Assembly: GCA_951406725.2 (NCBI GenBank)
Contig: OX597818.1
Span: 47,430,001-47,494,000 of the forward strand
Source: Octopus vulgaris
Taxonomy: Eukaryota
Direction: 5' to 3'
Length of the DNA stretch: 64,000 bases
Of this stretch, positions 34,786 through 48,437 are shown piece by piece. The translations under genes were made by a program, and so were the position numbers. The notes under the pieces are model-generated. The model was not told the DNA's origin and did no database searches. It was given only the letters and a program-made list of their open reading frames with translations. The stretch's first letter is position 1; the number at the start of each line of letters is the position of its first letter.

Positions 34786-36606
34786 CATATATATATATGC
34801 ATATACATATATACAACGGGCTTCTTTCAGTTTCCGTCTACCAAATCCACTCACAAGGCTTTGGTCGGCCCGAGGCTATAGTAGAAGACACTTTCTCAAG
34901 GTGCCTCAGTGGGACTGAACCTGGAACCATGTGGTTGGTAAGCAAGCTACTTACCACACAGCCACTCCTGCGCAATGTCAAAACAAAGACACACCTACAC
35001 AACAGGCTTCCTTCAGTTTCTATCTACCAAATTCACTCGCAAGGCTTTGGTCAGCTCAGAGCTATAGTAGAAGACTTCCCCAAGGTGCCACAGTGAGAAT
35101 GAATCTAAACCCATGTGGTTGGGAAGCAAACTTCTTAGCCACAATGTTGCAAATCTATTTTATTACCACAATATGTAAATTTCTAAGTAGTTAATTCTCA
35201 AAAGAAACAGTTGAAAAGCTCCACGTTTAACTCATTTTTAGTAAGCAGTTACCCTCCGTTTTCTTCTACGTAAACTAATTATCTAATTTTAAATCATTGA
35301 TAATGATTCTGTATTGTTTCCTATAAATCATTTAAGCCAAGAGGGTTTGTTTTTCATCTCAATTATTCATGCTAGTATAGGTGGGATAGTTTATTCAACA
35401 GAGCAATTGCTGTTTCATATGCTTAGAAATGGAAAAGGTCCTATGCATGGACACACACACACACACAAGTTGAATTTTATAAATTGAAATATGTGTGCAA
35501 AAGAGGGAGACAGGTAGTCACAAAACTTTGCTTTGACAAATTCATTCCATAAACCTGGTCCTCAAATTTTATCAAATATATACACAACTGTTGAAATGGA
35601 AATGATTTCATACAAAAAGAGTGGCAAAGAACGCTTCCTAGATTCTTGGATTTTAGAATTTTGCCCCAGTGGCACAAACTTTTCTACAGATACTCAAACC
35701 CTATATTTAACCACCAACAAGTCCAGAGACTGCTTAAATTAACAGCAACATCAATTTCAATCGAGGATTAAAAATGGCCATTAAAATATTTTGTGAAGGA
35801 GGAACGTGTAAGATAGTGAAAAGTTCACTCCTACTCAGTGAGAAGACAGTTACAGGGACTTGTAGCGGCATGGTTAGTAATCATCTGAGAGCATGAAAGT
35901 AGGGTCTATCAAAGAGAGTCCAATAAGATGATGAAAGTACTTGATATAAAGGTAATTAGTCACAGAAGCAATATCATTGAAAACTGCTACAGAAGCAAAA
36001 GAGATACAGAGGAGAGAGGTGATTATAGCAGCCTTATACCTCAAACTGCGGGGGATCGAATAATCTGAGGATTAATTTTGATAAGTTGCAGTTAATGTTT
36101 ATGGATTGATCAGTCTGCAAGAGTCCTTTGATATTGTTTGATGACCTGCGGTGAGGAAGATGCTAAGAAAATTAGGGGAAGATTAATGATTTGTGAAAGT
36201 TGTTTAAACTGGAGAGAAATGAGTTTACTCTGATCAATAGGATGTGTAATTTTGGCATGCATGAAAGGTAGAGAGTAAATGAGCTCAGAAGAGTTGGGCA
36301 CGGGCCAATTTATGCTGGAAAACCAACAGTACCGGTACAGACATGTAGTGTAAATCATTGATGAGAGCTTTGCAGTGTGCTGATAGTGAAAAGTGTGTGA
36401 AATAGAAGAAGGCTGCAGAAGACAAGAGGAGTGATGACAAAATCTCAAGATGCTGGGACAGTCAGGTGACAAAGGATCGAGACAAATAGCTCTGTGCTGC
36501 ATCCCTATCCGACTTATAGACAAATAGATGTTAAAGCAATCATGCTGATGCTTTTGATTATGATCAATGGCTGGTTGGGGCCCTTTCATTTGTTGATGTT
36601 TCATAA

Positions 36607-36731
36607 CAACCACTGAGTAACCACTGTGTAAACATATAAAATGCAAACACTGGTTTTATAATTAAAAATAAGTAGGCATTGTTGGCACACCATCATTTAA
36701 CCTTGTGTTTAATTTTCATTGAACAATAACT
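36607..36731. repeat. Repeat of about 110-125 bp, also at 38598-38752
   Basis: ACCACTGAGTAACC...CTGGTTTTATAATTAAAAATAAGTAGGCATTGTTGGCA...TGAACAATAAC is shared. Confidence 0.75.
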
Positions 36732-38552
36732 GCTCCGCAGATAAACGAGCATTGTTATATAGAATTATATAGAATTGAAACATTGTCAGCAAATATACAC
36801 CTGAATTTATAGACTGACAAAGAGTAACCTGAATCAATCTTTAAACTTTGGTACAAAAATAACTGCAAATATAGCTGCATTCAGAAACATTTTCTGATGC
36901 TCTTATATTAATGACGAGAAAAGGCGCAGGAGTGGCTGTGTGGTAAGTAGCTTGCTTACGAACCACATGGTTCTGGGTTCAGTCCCACTGCATGGCATCT
37001 TGGGCAAGTGTCTTCTGCTATAGCCCTGGGCCGACCAATCCCTTGTGAGTGGATTTGGTAGACGGAAACTGAAAGAAGCCTGTCGTATATATGTATATAT
37101 ATGCGTGTGTGTGTTTGTCCCCTAGCATTGCTTGACAACTGATGCTGGTGTGTTTACGTCCCTGTAACTTAGCGGTTCGGCAAAAGAGACCAATAGAATA
37201 AGTACTGGGCTTACAAAGAATAAGTCCCGGGGTCGATTTGCTCGACTGAAACAAGTAAAATGACTGAAACAAGTAAAAGAGTAAAAGAGAGAGAGAGTAC
37301 ATCTGACATATTTACTTGCATATATACATTATTCTGCTCTAACAAAAATGTTCTCTGCTGATGTGATTTTAAAAAGAACTTTTATATATGGTACTTATCT
37401 AAACTGGAGAGTATTGATCACAATTTCTTGAATTAGGTTAGCTACAAGTCATTTTTCTACTTTAATTGTTCTATTCATGTTATCACACAGCTTTACCTTT
37501 AAAGCAATTGTCAATATTGCTTACAGACAAGTAATCAAGGATGACACTTGCACATTTAATCTGATTAGATAAATACTTGATAATTACGAGCAAACTGTAA
37601 GCTTTTAAAATATATGGCACCACCATGGAATTCAATTCCTTTCCTATGGATAAGGGTGGATGCTTAGCACTTGGTTATACTTGCTAATGTTTATGAGAAC
37701 TGGCAAGGGGTTTTGAATGGAGGCCTTAACCCAATATATAATACATGTTCTGTTTAAGAAGTTTACATCCCAACAGCATGGTTTCAGGTTCAGTCCCACA
37801 ATGTGGCACCTTGGACAAGTGTCTTCTATTATAGTATACTCCAGACTGCTCAAAAGCCTTGTGAGTGGATTCGGTAGACAGAAATGGAAAGAAGCTCATT
37901 ATATGTGCATGAGAAAGAGAGAGAGAGAGTGTGTGATTGTGCGTGTGTGCATGCGTATGCACCTCCTTATCTTAGCATCATGTGATAGTTGTGCCACTGT
38001 CATACAAGCAGTGGCATTCATTCCCAATATTCTGTGAGAACCTGTCTGGCAACCCAGCCATAAATATTCCGCCTCAGTAAACTCTGTCTGATTCATACAA
38101 GCATGGAAAACTGGATATCAAAACAGTGATGATGATGATGATGATGATACAAGATTACAAAAACAAGAAGAAAGAAAAAAATCCACCTGGAGAACCCAGT
38201 ACCAATTAAACTCGAAAAGAATACTGTAAGAAAATTATGGATGACCTGACCTTGAAATGGGGTGACTTTAAGTAGAACTGCTGCCTTTTAAATTCTACAT
38301 CTTTGACAACAACATCACTCTTACTCAGTTGGTGATGTTTTAAAGTAAACCACACTACAGACACAATTTTTGTTTTTCTGTATACTTTTTTTACTTGTTT
38401 CAGTCATTTGATTGTGGCAATGCTGGAGCACCACCTTTAGTCAAACCAACTGACCCCAGGACTTATTCTTTGTAAGCCTAATACTTATTCTATCATAAAC
38501 ACACCAACATCAGTGTCAAGCAATGGTGGAGGGACACAGATAGACATGTATA

Positions 38553-38590
<38 letters not shown>

Positions 38591-40356
38591 CACAAACACC
38601 ACTGAGTAACCGCTGTATAAACATATAAAATACAAACACTGTAATAACCACTGAGTAACCACTGTATAAATACTGGTTTTATAATTAAAAATAAGTAGGC
38701 ATTGTTGGCAGACTATCATTTAACCATGTGTTTAATTTTCACTGAACAATAACGTGTATATACACACACACACAAGCATACAAGGAGCTTCTTTCAGTTT
38801 CCGTCAACCAAATCCACTCACAAAATTTTGGGTCAGCACAAGGCTATAGTAGAAGACACTTGCCTACGGTGCCACGCAGTGGGACTGAACCTGGAACCAT
38901 GTGGTTGGGAAGCAAGCTTCTGACCACACAGCCACTATTATTTATTAAAAAGACCTTGTCTTTATCTAACATTACTTTTTAATATCATACATAGTCAAGC
39001 AAATTGAAAGGGGTCGATAATAATCCTAAAGTGAAGATTAACCAATATCCAAGCTGAAATGTACCTAATCCCAGAAATATTGAAACAAAATAAATTCCAA
39101 AGTTCTTGCATGAGATCAGAAACTTTAGGTGAATGTAATTTCTGCTGCTAGAACTACCTTTTAGCTTTCACTTGTTTCAGTTATTGGACTGTGGCCATGC
39201 TGGGGCACTGCCTTGAAGGGTTAAGCCAAACAAATCAATCCCAGCATTTTTTTCTTTCTTTAGCCTGGAACTTAAGTTATCGATCTATTTTGCTGAATTG
39301 CTAAGTTACAGGGATGTAAACAAACCAACACCAATTGTCCAAGCAGCAGGGGGACACAAACATAATCACAAAGACAGACAGGCATCATCATCATCACCAT
39401 TTAACGTCCGTTTTCCATGCTAGCATGGGTTGGACGGTTCGACTGGGGTCTGGTAAGCCATGGAGGCTGCACCAGGCTCCAGTCTAATTTGGCAGTGTTT
39501 CTACAGCTGGATGCCCTTCCTAACGCCAACCACTCCGTGAGTGTAGTGGGTGTTTTTTACATGCCACCGGCACAGGGGCCAGAGCAGGTTGGCAAACGGC
39601 CAAGACACACACACACACAGTTTCTGTCTATCAGATTCACTCACAAGACATTGGCTGGCCCAGGACCAAAGTAGAAATTGTTGTATAGTGGGACTGAACT
39701 CAAAACCGTGTGGTTGCAAAATGAGTTCAAACATTTTTGTTTAGTACAGCTTGAGTCATATTTATGAAATTGACCATATCTTCTAAAAGATAAATCATTC
39801 ATAATTAAGATGGATGATATGGTTGGATAATTATTAGAAAAGCTGAAGGATCTGATGAAACTAAACAACATGTTTTAAAGTCTAATTATGACTCAACAGT
39901 TAACAATACAGCTAGGTTGTATAATTAAACAGTTCAACATTTTGCCATAGTTTAATTAGTGTGTCCTCTCTCCCCCAAGGATATAAAATAAGTGCAGCCA
40001 GTGAGTAGTTTGATGCTTGTAGAGAAATGGGGAACAAGAAAGGAGTTCCAGTTCTGAGGTTTTAGGTAAAGTAAATGGTGCAAGGTTTGGATGTGAGGCA
40101 CACTAAAGATGATAAGAAAGGCAGCGAGCTGGCAGAAACGTTAGCACGCCGGGCAAAATGCTTGGCGGTATTTCATCTGCCGTTATGTTCTGAGTTCAAA
40201 TTCCGCCAAGGTCAACTTTGCCTTTCATACTTTCGGGATCGATCAAATAAGTACCAGTTACGCACACTGGGGTCGATATAATCGACTTCATCTGTTTGTC
40301 TGTCCTTGTTTGTCCTCTCTGTGATTAGCCCCTTGTGGGTAGTAAAGAAATAGTAT

Positions 40357-41147
40357 GTATATAACAGTTGTTCTGTCTCAAATGCATGAGAAGTACTTTA
40401 GTATGGGTTGCCCTTGTACCTCAGACAGATTCAGCAGCTGTTCTGATTCTGAAGAGAAGGCTTAAACAATTTACAATTCTAACAGAAATACCTATTTCAT
40501 CCTTTTGGGGTCGATAAATTAAGTATCAGTTACACACTGGGTTGATGTAATCGACTTAAACCCTTTGTCCTTGTTTGTCCCCTCTATGTTTAGCCCCTTG
40601 TGGGCAATAAAGAAATAAGAAGAAAGACAAGTGGTCTTTGATAAGGACAGTATGCAGGAACTCCAGCAGTAAAAACAGAAGGAACAATGAAAGAGGGACC
40701 TATAACAGTAGGCAAATTTAAAGGGGTATGGTCTGGTACAGTGGTTCTCAACTAGAATCCATATAAGATTTTGTCGTTAAAATTTGTGCGATAAAATTGC
40801 TTATGCTTTTACAGTACACAAAATATTTCAATTTTTTTAAACAATTCCTAATGATATTCAACTATAAGAATATAATGGGATTTTATTTAAACATCAAATG
40901 GCTATGGGGGATCCAACAGAGTAGAATAGCAATCAAAGTGGTCCATAGGTAAAAAAAAAATGGTTGAGAACCACTGGTTTTGAATATGTGTGGGTGTGTG
41001 TGCATGCGCGCATGTATATAACAGCTGTTCTGTCTCAGATACACGAAAAGTACTTTAGTATGGGTTGCCCTTGTACCTCAGATAGAGTCAGCAGCTGTTC
41101 TGATTCTGAAGAGAAGGCCTAAACAATTTACAATTCTAACAGAAATT
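40357..41147. repeat. Local direct duplication of about 130 bp (40357-40489 and 41013-41146)
   Basis: GTATATAACAG.TGTTCTGTCTCA...AAGTACTTTAGTATGGGTTGCCCTTGTACCTCAGA...CAATTCTAACAGAAAT occurs twice. Confidence 0.85.
40739..40976. mobile_element. hAT (Charlie-like) MITE
   Basis: TIRs CAGTGGTTCTCAAC / GTTGAGAACCACTG; same family as 57243-57464. Confidence 0.82.
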
Positions 41148-44100
41148 TCTCTTTAAAACATAATAAACAGAAATACTTCGTTTCAAAGGCTAACTAAGAA
41201 TTACTAATATTAAGCCTTCAGCTATTAATGTAGTTAGTTCGTGTAGATACTCTCAACAATAAACTATCTCATACTCTGCCAACCACAGAAGAGGCCTTGA
41301 ATTCTTTTAAGACGAGGCCGTTTCTAGAGAGAGTAAACAATTATGTCATAATTTAATATATTCCCAGGTAGAGAAATTTGGAATACTTTTCTAGGAGTGA
41401 AAAGTCTGATCCTCAAAACAAGCAGAGTTATGTTTCATAGACCCAATTTATTTTCAACTGATAGAAAGATTATTTCAAATTAAAATTATTCTATAAAAAT
41501 GTTTTCCTTTATACCTCATAAATATCAAAAGAGTCAATTTTCTTAAAATAGATTTTTTTTTTTTTCATGGCTTGCAGTACAAGATAGATAAAGTGTTTCA
41601 TTTCCTTCTACTTCAAAAAATTAACATGATAATTCAAATTATAATCATCCAAGCCAATCAATATTTCTGGCACATTTCTCTTTCCTTTTACAGAGAGAGA
41701 AAGATATTTTTTTTTATAATTCTTTATAAATTTTATTAATTCAGTAGAAGAAAACATGTCACCTCTGACTGCTCTATTATCATTTCAGATCTGTGGTAGG
41801 TAGTCATAATAGCAGGTACCCCACAATATACTGAAGTATGAAAAACATTTTGTTTAATAAAAAATAATGATAAAAATACTAATAAAATTGCTGCTATTTA
41901 AAACAGCATTTTAGATATTATAATGGAAAATTATAACCTCACTTAGACTGAGTGAAACAAAAGATGCTGTGAAGGGAGAGCACAGAGAGAGACAAATCAA
42001 TATTAGCTAAGCAGTGATACTACAGATATACCACAAAATAGTTGTCAGGTTTCCAGCAGGTGCTTGCAAGAGGCATGGGACTGAAGCTCAGTGCAATTAA
42101 GTATCAAAATGTGAGGATACTCTCACATTGTGAAGCATCTTAGCTTTTTATGGAAAATTGTATTTCATTATTATATGAATTGTATAAGGTAAATTTAACA
42201 GTCCAACTGGCAATGCACAGCTGTCCACCAGCTCCAGCATGCACAGTTGCCAAAAGTGCAATTTAAATGATTTTGCAGTGCTGATAGGCCAATCAGCAAG
42301 TGGAATTTAGTGAACCTCTTGAACTCCGAGAAGGCTGCTATAGTAGTAGTTTGTGTGTGCTTGGTTCTGTGCCAGATCAGATACAGTTTTTTTTACAGAA
42401 TATGCCTATTTCAAATTCTCGTCTCTTTATAATTAATGAACCACAGCTTCAGTCATATTTTGGGGGAATTGGCAGAAAAAGAAAAATCTATATCTAGTGG
42501 TCATTTTTTTGAGCTTCTAATCCATAAGATCATAATTATTCAGATGAATTATCATAGCTATAATGATATCAGATAAAATACGCAAAAAAAAGACAAAAAA
42601 AAACGAAGCAAATAAATCACACACACACACACACACACACACATTGTCTCTTTTACAAAAATCTGAGATATTTTAAAGGGACTAGAAGTATTGGCACTGT
42701 GCCTATGCAAGAAATAATTATTACTACTAATAGATATAAAATTTATACATCCAATAATGTTTATATTTTCAGACATTTTTTTTCTCAAAATCCTTATCGA
42801 ATTTAGGAATAAAAAAAAAAAGAAAGAATTATTATAAACAGTTAAAATCTTTAATAGTATTCAATATGATGGGATCTTCACTCCAAACACAAGTGTTAAA
42901 AGCATGAAGTGATTAGCAAAAAAATGGAAGCTGCAGAATCACTTTCAGAGCTTCCATAATATTTCCTCTGCTGTGATTTTTGTTATAACACAAACCAAAC
43001 ACATATCTTCTACAAATAATACAATTGGTAGCTTAAACATTGTACATATGTAATTACAATATTAGTACATAACATGGAATAGCAAGATGTGTAAGCCAAG
43101 AAGAAAGGCTAGCCTGGCTTGCTGACCAAATAAGCAAGTTGACCTACTCTCACTCCCCTTCCTTTCTGTGTATGAAGTCAGAATTACATCCTAGCTGAGA
43201 GCTGGCAAGCTAGCTCTAACAATGCTATATTAGTTAAGAAACAGGCAACAACAGTGATGGCAGCAGTAGGAGCAGCTTATACTTAATGCAGCAACTACTG
43301 CTACTACATATACTACTGAGACTGTGTGCCTAAGCAACCTAATCAATCAATCGATAGCTTAATATAACCCACACACACTCTTTCGAGCAAGTACATCTTA
43401 CAAGTAAGAGCCGTGTATTGCAGAGTGTAGGCACCAATAGCTAGTCATGAATAACGAACCAAGCAACAACGCAGATAACAACAACAACAAAAACACGAAA
43501 CACAAAAGCATAAAAGAGCTGAACAGACCTAAATAGAGGAACAGAGTAGCGATGCTTTGAGTGATGGCCAATATAATGATAATATATTTTCTTCATTCAT
43601 TCATTTATATAATAATAATAATAATAATCAAATATTAGAAACAAATATTTCACAATATCATTGAATAAATGTTAAATGGTAAGAGCTACTTCAATGCTCT
43701 TGTTGTGATAAATGGAAGGAACAGCTAGATAAAACATTTTAGAAATTTACAAAATTTCCACAGTAGGCTACATAATAGATTCTTGAAATAATTTTTAACT
43801 GTTATAAATCTGATGCGTTTATGGAAAAACGAACTGGTTAGAAATATTAGAATAACGTATTCTAAATATCTTCAAATACACAAAAAAAAATGAATCAATT
43901 TGTAAGCAAAATTAGGAGGAAAGATGATTAAAATTTGGGATTTAAAAAATGAAGATTATGCAATTTGAATTGAAAAACTGATAAAATAACCAGATTTATT
44001 CAACTGTCGAACCATTACACAGGAAATATCATTAATTAAAATAAAATTTGAATTAATTTTTTTCTTATTAAAATAATTTTAAAAATAAGTAAAATATCTT

Positions 44101-45793
44101 ATTTTATAAAAAAAAAACAGAATTGAGAGATCAAAACAATGATATGAGAATAAAAATTGAAAATAATAATAATAATCACAAATCAGATTTTTGGAAAGTG
44201 TTTATTCATGCAATTTCAGGAACCAAAAAAAAAAATGTTTTAATCCCCAATATATCCCCATATATAATACGGTGAGATATATGTATATGGCGTTCTATTT
44301 CTGTTTAATCAGCATATTAGCCTTGCTATGAAATTTAAGCTCTTAGCAAAACCATAAGGGTTTCAGCAACCTAGAATGAGGATCATATTGATTAGTTTCC
44401 ATCTTGGAGACTCTTCAGAGATCACTGACATATGTACCATAAAACTACTTTTTAAAACTAAACAAAATGATGAAGGACATAGGTTTTACATAACTAAGAA
44501 CACACCCTGAATAAGGAAGGCTTAAGGAAGATGAAACCACCTGGTCTGATCCCCCATTCAAATTTACCAAAATCCTTATAATTTAACCACAGGACACATA
44601 CACTTATTTAGACTAGTTTCCTCATATTGCCTGTTATAGTCACATCAATTTAGCTGTTGTATCTTCTAGCCTTCTTCAAGTGCCTGTCATATTCAGCAAT
44701 ATTTTCAATGTTTCAGATAATCTTTTATTTAAAAGACATGGGAGTAGATTGTTTATATTGAGTTGTCCAGGATTAGGATATTCTAGTATTAATCACTACT
44801 GCTCTTCTGATGCTACATGCTCATTCCCTTTAAACCCATGATGGCATTGGAGCCTGATGTAGCACCGCGGCTCACTGGCAAACCATCTAAACCATGCCAA
44901 CATGGAAAGTGAACGTTAAGTGATTAGTGACTTTATGTGTGTGTGTACACATATATATATATAAATAGAGAGAGAGATCCATTGACTCAAGACTGATCAT
45001 GTCTACCATTAAGCTGCAATCAACACATATTCACTATGCGATTGTTCTGTAGAACAATTAAGTGATGAAAATTATAAGAGATTATAAGCATTGATTAAGT
45101 GTTAAGAACTGCAGTTTAACTGGTGGGCATAAGTTCAATACTTGGGTTAGTGAATTTCTCTTTCGTATATAAATAGAAAGACTGACAAATGATAACAGAT
45201 GTAAGGAATATGTTTAAATGAAAAGTTGCATATACAAATTACATGATGTAATCAAGACCTATCTTTACAGCTGTTTCAAATGGTCAGTGACTCTCCTGAA
45301 AAATATGTGCTAGTTATTACTTTATTTTCCTTTTATGTATATCTATAAAATTACCTCAGTATTGCACCTGCTTGTATAATATGCATTATCATATCAACTA
45401 GTCAGTACCCACTTGAAACAGCTGTAAAGATACGAGATATACACAACTTTTCATATATACACATACTTTATGCTTGTTGTCATTTTTTGTCTTTCAGTCT
45501 CCATACATGCTCAAATTCAATCATTCTGCTAGCCAACTCTTCTACCTCTGGACTATCTCATCCTGGGGAAGAATTTGAAATTTAAGATTCTGATCTCTCT
45601 AGGCACAACTTTGTGACTATGGTGCTCTTGCATTTCATTATCTATTGTTTATATATGTGTGTGTATAAAAAGATTAAATAAATGACAAGGGAATAAGAAA
45701 TTATGTCATGAAGTTGATTTTTTAATAGGTAATGCTTTCTTTGCCTAGATAAATGTAAATGCTTTCCCAAATAAAATTGCACTTTATTACTGA

Positions 45794-45856
45794 AGTTCTG
45801 ATGAAACTATAGGGTGATGCACAAGCACTCAACTATAGCAGAAACAGTTGTAAGCT
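45794..45856 (+). ncRNA. Hammerhead ribozyme-like motif inside 32-bp inverted repeats (45673-45704 / 45872-45903)
   Basis: AGTT-CTGATGA-AA-CTATAG..CTATAG-CA-GAAA-CAGTTG-TA^-AGCT. Confidence 0.6.
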
Positions 45857-46801
45857 AATGAAGCTCATAAAATAATTTCTTATTCCCTTGTCATTTATTT
45901 AATTTCTTATTACTGTTCTGTACTCCATTGATACTCTTTTACATGTTTCAGTCATTTGACTGTGGCCAAGCTGGAACACCATCTTTAGTCAAAGAAATCA
46001 CCCCCAAGACATTCTTCGTAAGCCTAGTACTTATTCTATCGGTTGCTTTTACCAAACCGCTAAGTTACAAGGACGTAAACACATCAACGTCATTTGTCAA
46101 GCAATGGTGGGGGCGGGACAAACACAGACACAAAGACACACACACATAAATATATATACACATATATACACGACAGGCATCTTTCAGTTTCTGTCTACCA
46201 AATCCACTCACAAGACTTTGATTGGCCCGAGGCTATAGTAGAAGACACTTGCCCAAGGTGCTACACAGTGGGACTGAACCCGGAACCATGTGGTTGGGAA
46301 GCAAGCTTCTTACCACACAGCCATTTTTTTTTTTTTGTGCAGGATATACATATAAAAGCACCCACTAAATTCTCGGAGTGGTTAGCATTAGGAAGGACAT
46401 TCAGCTGTAGAAACTCTGCCAGATCAAAATTGGAGCCTGGTGCAGCCATCTGGTTTGCCAGTCCTCAGTCAAAATCGTCCAACCCATGCCAGCATGGAAA
46501 GCGGACGTTAAACGATGATGATGATATATATATAGTTCTAATGACAGGTTATTTGTATCGCTATGCCTAAGCAAATTAATAAAAAAAATGTGTGTGTGTG
46601 CATTACATACACACATGGCATCAAAACTACGAGAATAACAAATACTAAAATATCCCAGGCATGGACACTGGGCTTCATGGTTTGGTTAAAAATTACAGGA
46701 ATGTTACCAAATGCAGCAGGCACATGAAGAAGGTCAGACTGTAGAATGGCTGAAAGATTGGGACACTAATCTGAATAAATCAGTGCATAATAATGGTAAT
46801 G

Positions 46802-47120
46802 TGAAAGCATGTGGCTTAGTAGTTATAGCATTTGGCTCACAATCGTAAAGACATGAGTTCAATTCCTGGCCACGCATTGTGTCCTTGAGCAAGACACTTT
46901 ATTTCATGCTATTCCAGTCGACCCAGCTAGTAAAAATGTGTTGTACCTGTCATTCAAAAAGGGCCAGCCTTATTACATTCTGTGTCATGCTGAATTTCCC
47001 TGAGAACTACGTTACAGGTACGCATGTCTGTGGAGTACTCAGCCACTTGCATGTTAATTTAATGAGCAGGTTGTTTCATTGATTGGATCAACTAGAACAT
47101 AACCGATGGAGCGCCAGTAA
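46802..47120 (+). mobile_element. tRNA-derived SINE with mollusc-type core
   Basis: TGGCTTAGTAG A box, GAGTTCAATTCC B box, core TTGTGTCCTTGAGCAAGACACTTTATTTCA. Confidence 0.65.
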
Positions 47121-47485
47121 TATGAAAGTGATAATTCCTCATCTCAGAAATTAAAACTTTTTCCCTCCTCCCTAGAATTGCTTGCTTATTCTCGTTTTGT
47201 TTTCAATTTATTTGGCTTTCCACGTGAGAGTCTTTTTTTTAAATCCCATTCAAAACATTCCAAAATATATTCTTTTATTCTTTCTTTTATTTGTTTCAGT
47301 CATTTGACTGCAGCCATGCTGGAGCACCGCCTTTAGTTGAACAAATCAACCCCAGGACTTATTCTTTGTAAGCCTAGTACTTATTCTATCAATCTTTTTT
47401 GCTGAAACTTTAAGTTACGAGGACGTAAACACACCAACATTGGTTGCCAAGCGATGGTGGGTGGGACAAACACAGACCTACAAAC

Positions 47486-47523
<38 letters not shown>

Positions 47524-48291
47524 GATGGGCTTCTTTCAGTTACTGTCTACCAAATCCATTCACAAGGCTTTGGTCATCCCAAGGCTTTGGTCATCCCAAG
47601 GCTTTGGTAGAAGACACTTGCCCAAGGTGCCATGCAGTGGGACTGAACCCAGGACCATGTGGTTGGTAAGCAAGCTACTTACCACACAGCCACTCCTACA
47701 CCTATCTTTACCTTTTAGAAGAAGTTAACATTTAACACAAGCATTTGTGCTTAAAATAATTCTTTCCAAGAAACACACAAAATTCCTTAAAGGTGTTCTT
47801 CTTAATTGGCAACAATGAAAGTATTTAAACCTATATTAGCTACCTTCTCTGCAGGTTCATTGATATGGAAAATAATGCAAACTAATACACGTTTGCTCAA
47901 TCAGAAAAGAGAGAGGGGTAGAAAAGTACAACTTCTGGGTACATCAATGCAACCCAAATACTTTCTCAAAAAATTAACAACACTAGTCTCATAAGTAGGA
48001 GGAGGTCCAATTTGATATTAACAATTTAATACTACAAGAAAATGCCAAAATGTTAGAATTTTTTTTTACTCGCCCAAAATTTTTAATTAATCATATAACA
48101 CTTCAAATGTCATCTTTTCCTATTTAGTCAAAAAAAAAAAAAAAAAAGAGCAGGGACTGAGGAAACATCTACTACCCAGCTCGCTTTCTTAAAATCTGTA
48201 TCCTATCCGTTATTTAAACGAGTGGCTTTCGTTTGTAGCGAATTCTCGAGACAGATGCAAATCCTAGCTTACTTTTTTTAAATTGACTTAC

Positions 48292-48437
48292 GGCACATAA
48301 GTAAATAATGGAATGTTTATGAGCAACTCACAGAGCCAACAGACCAAACAGTAATTTATGTTTAGACTATAAGGCTCACACACACACACACACTATCGTA
48401 CCATGTTTAGTTTTGAAAGGAACAATAATATAACTGA
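48292..48437 (-). other. Candidate alternative first exon of ACTL6 (5' UTR plus ATG TGC C)
   Basis: TCAGTT initiator-like motif 48437-48432; ATG at 48298; phase-1 donor C|GTAAGT at 48291; local CpG enrichment. Confidence 0.35.

Noticed and set aside
34312-35096. Cluster of overlapping ORFs of 70-176 aa
   Set aside because: Entirely SINE, LINE UTR and TA-repeat sequence
36110-36646. 178-aa minus ORF
   Set aside because: No convincing domain; at most faintly like a very old LINE C-terminus
42200-42255. Possible pre-miRNA hairpin TGGCAA...TTGCCA
   Set aside because: Stem too short and bulged, with no recognised seed family
43719-43733. ACAGCTAGATAA resembling part of the miR-9 hairpin
   Set aside because: Only about 12 nt match and there is no complementary arm
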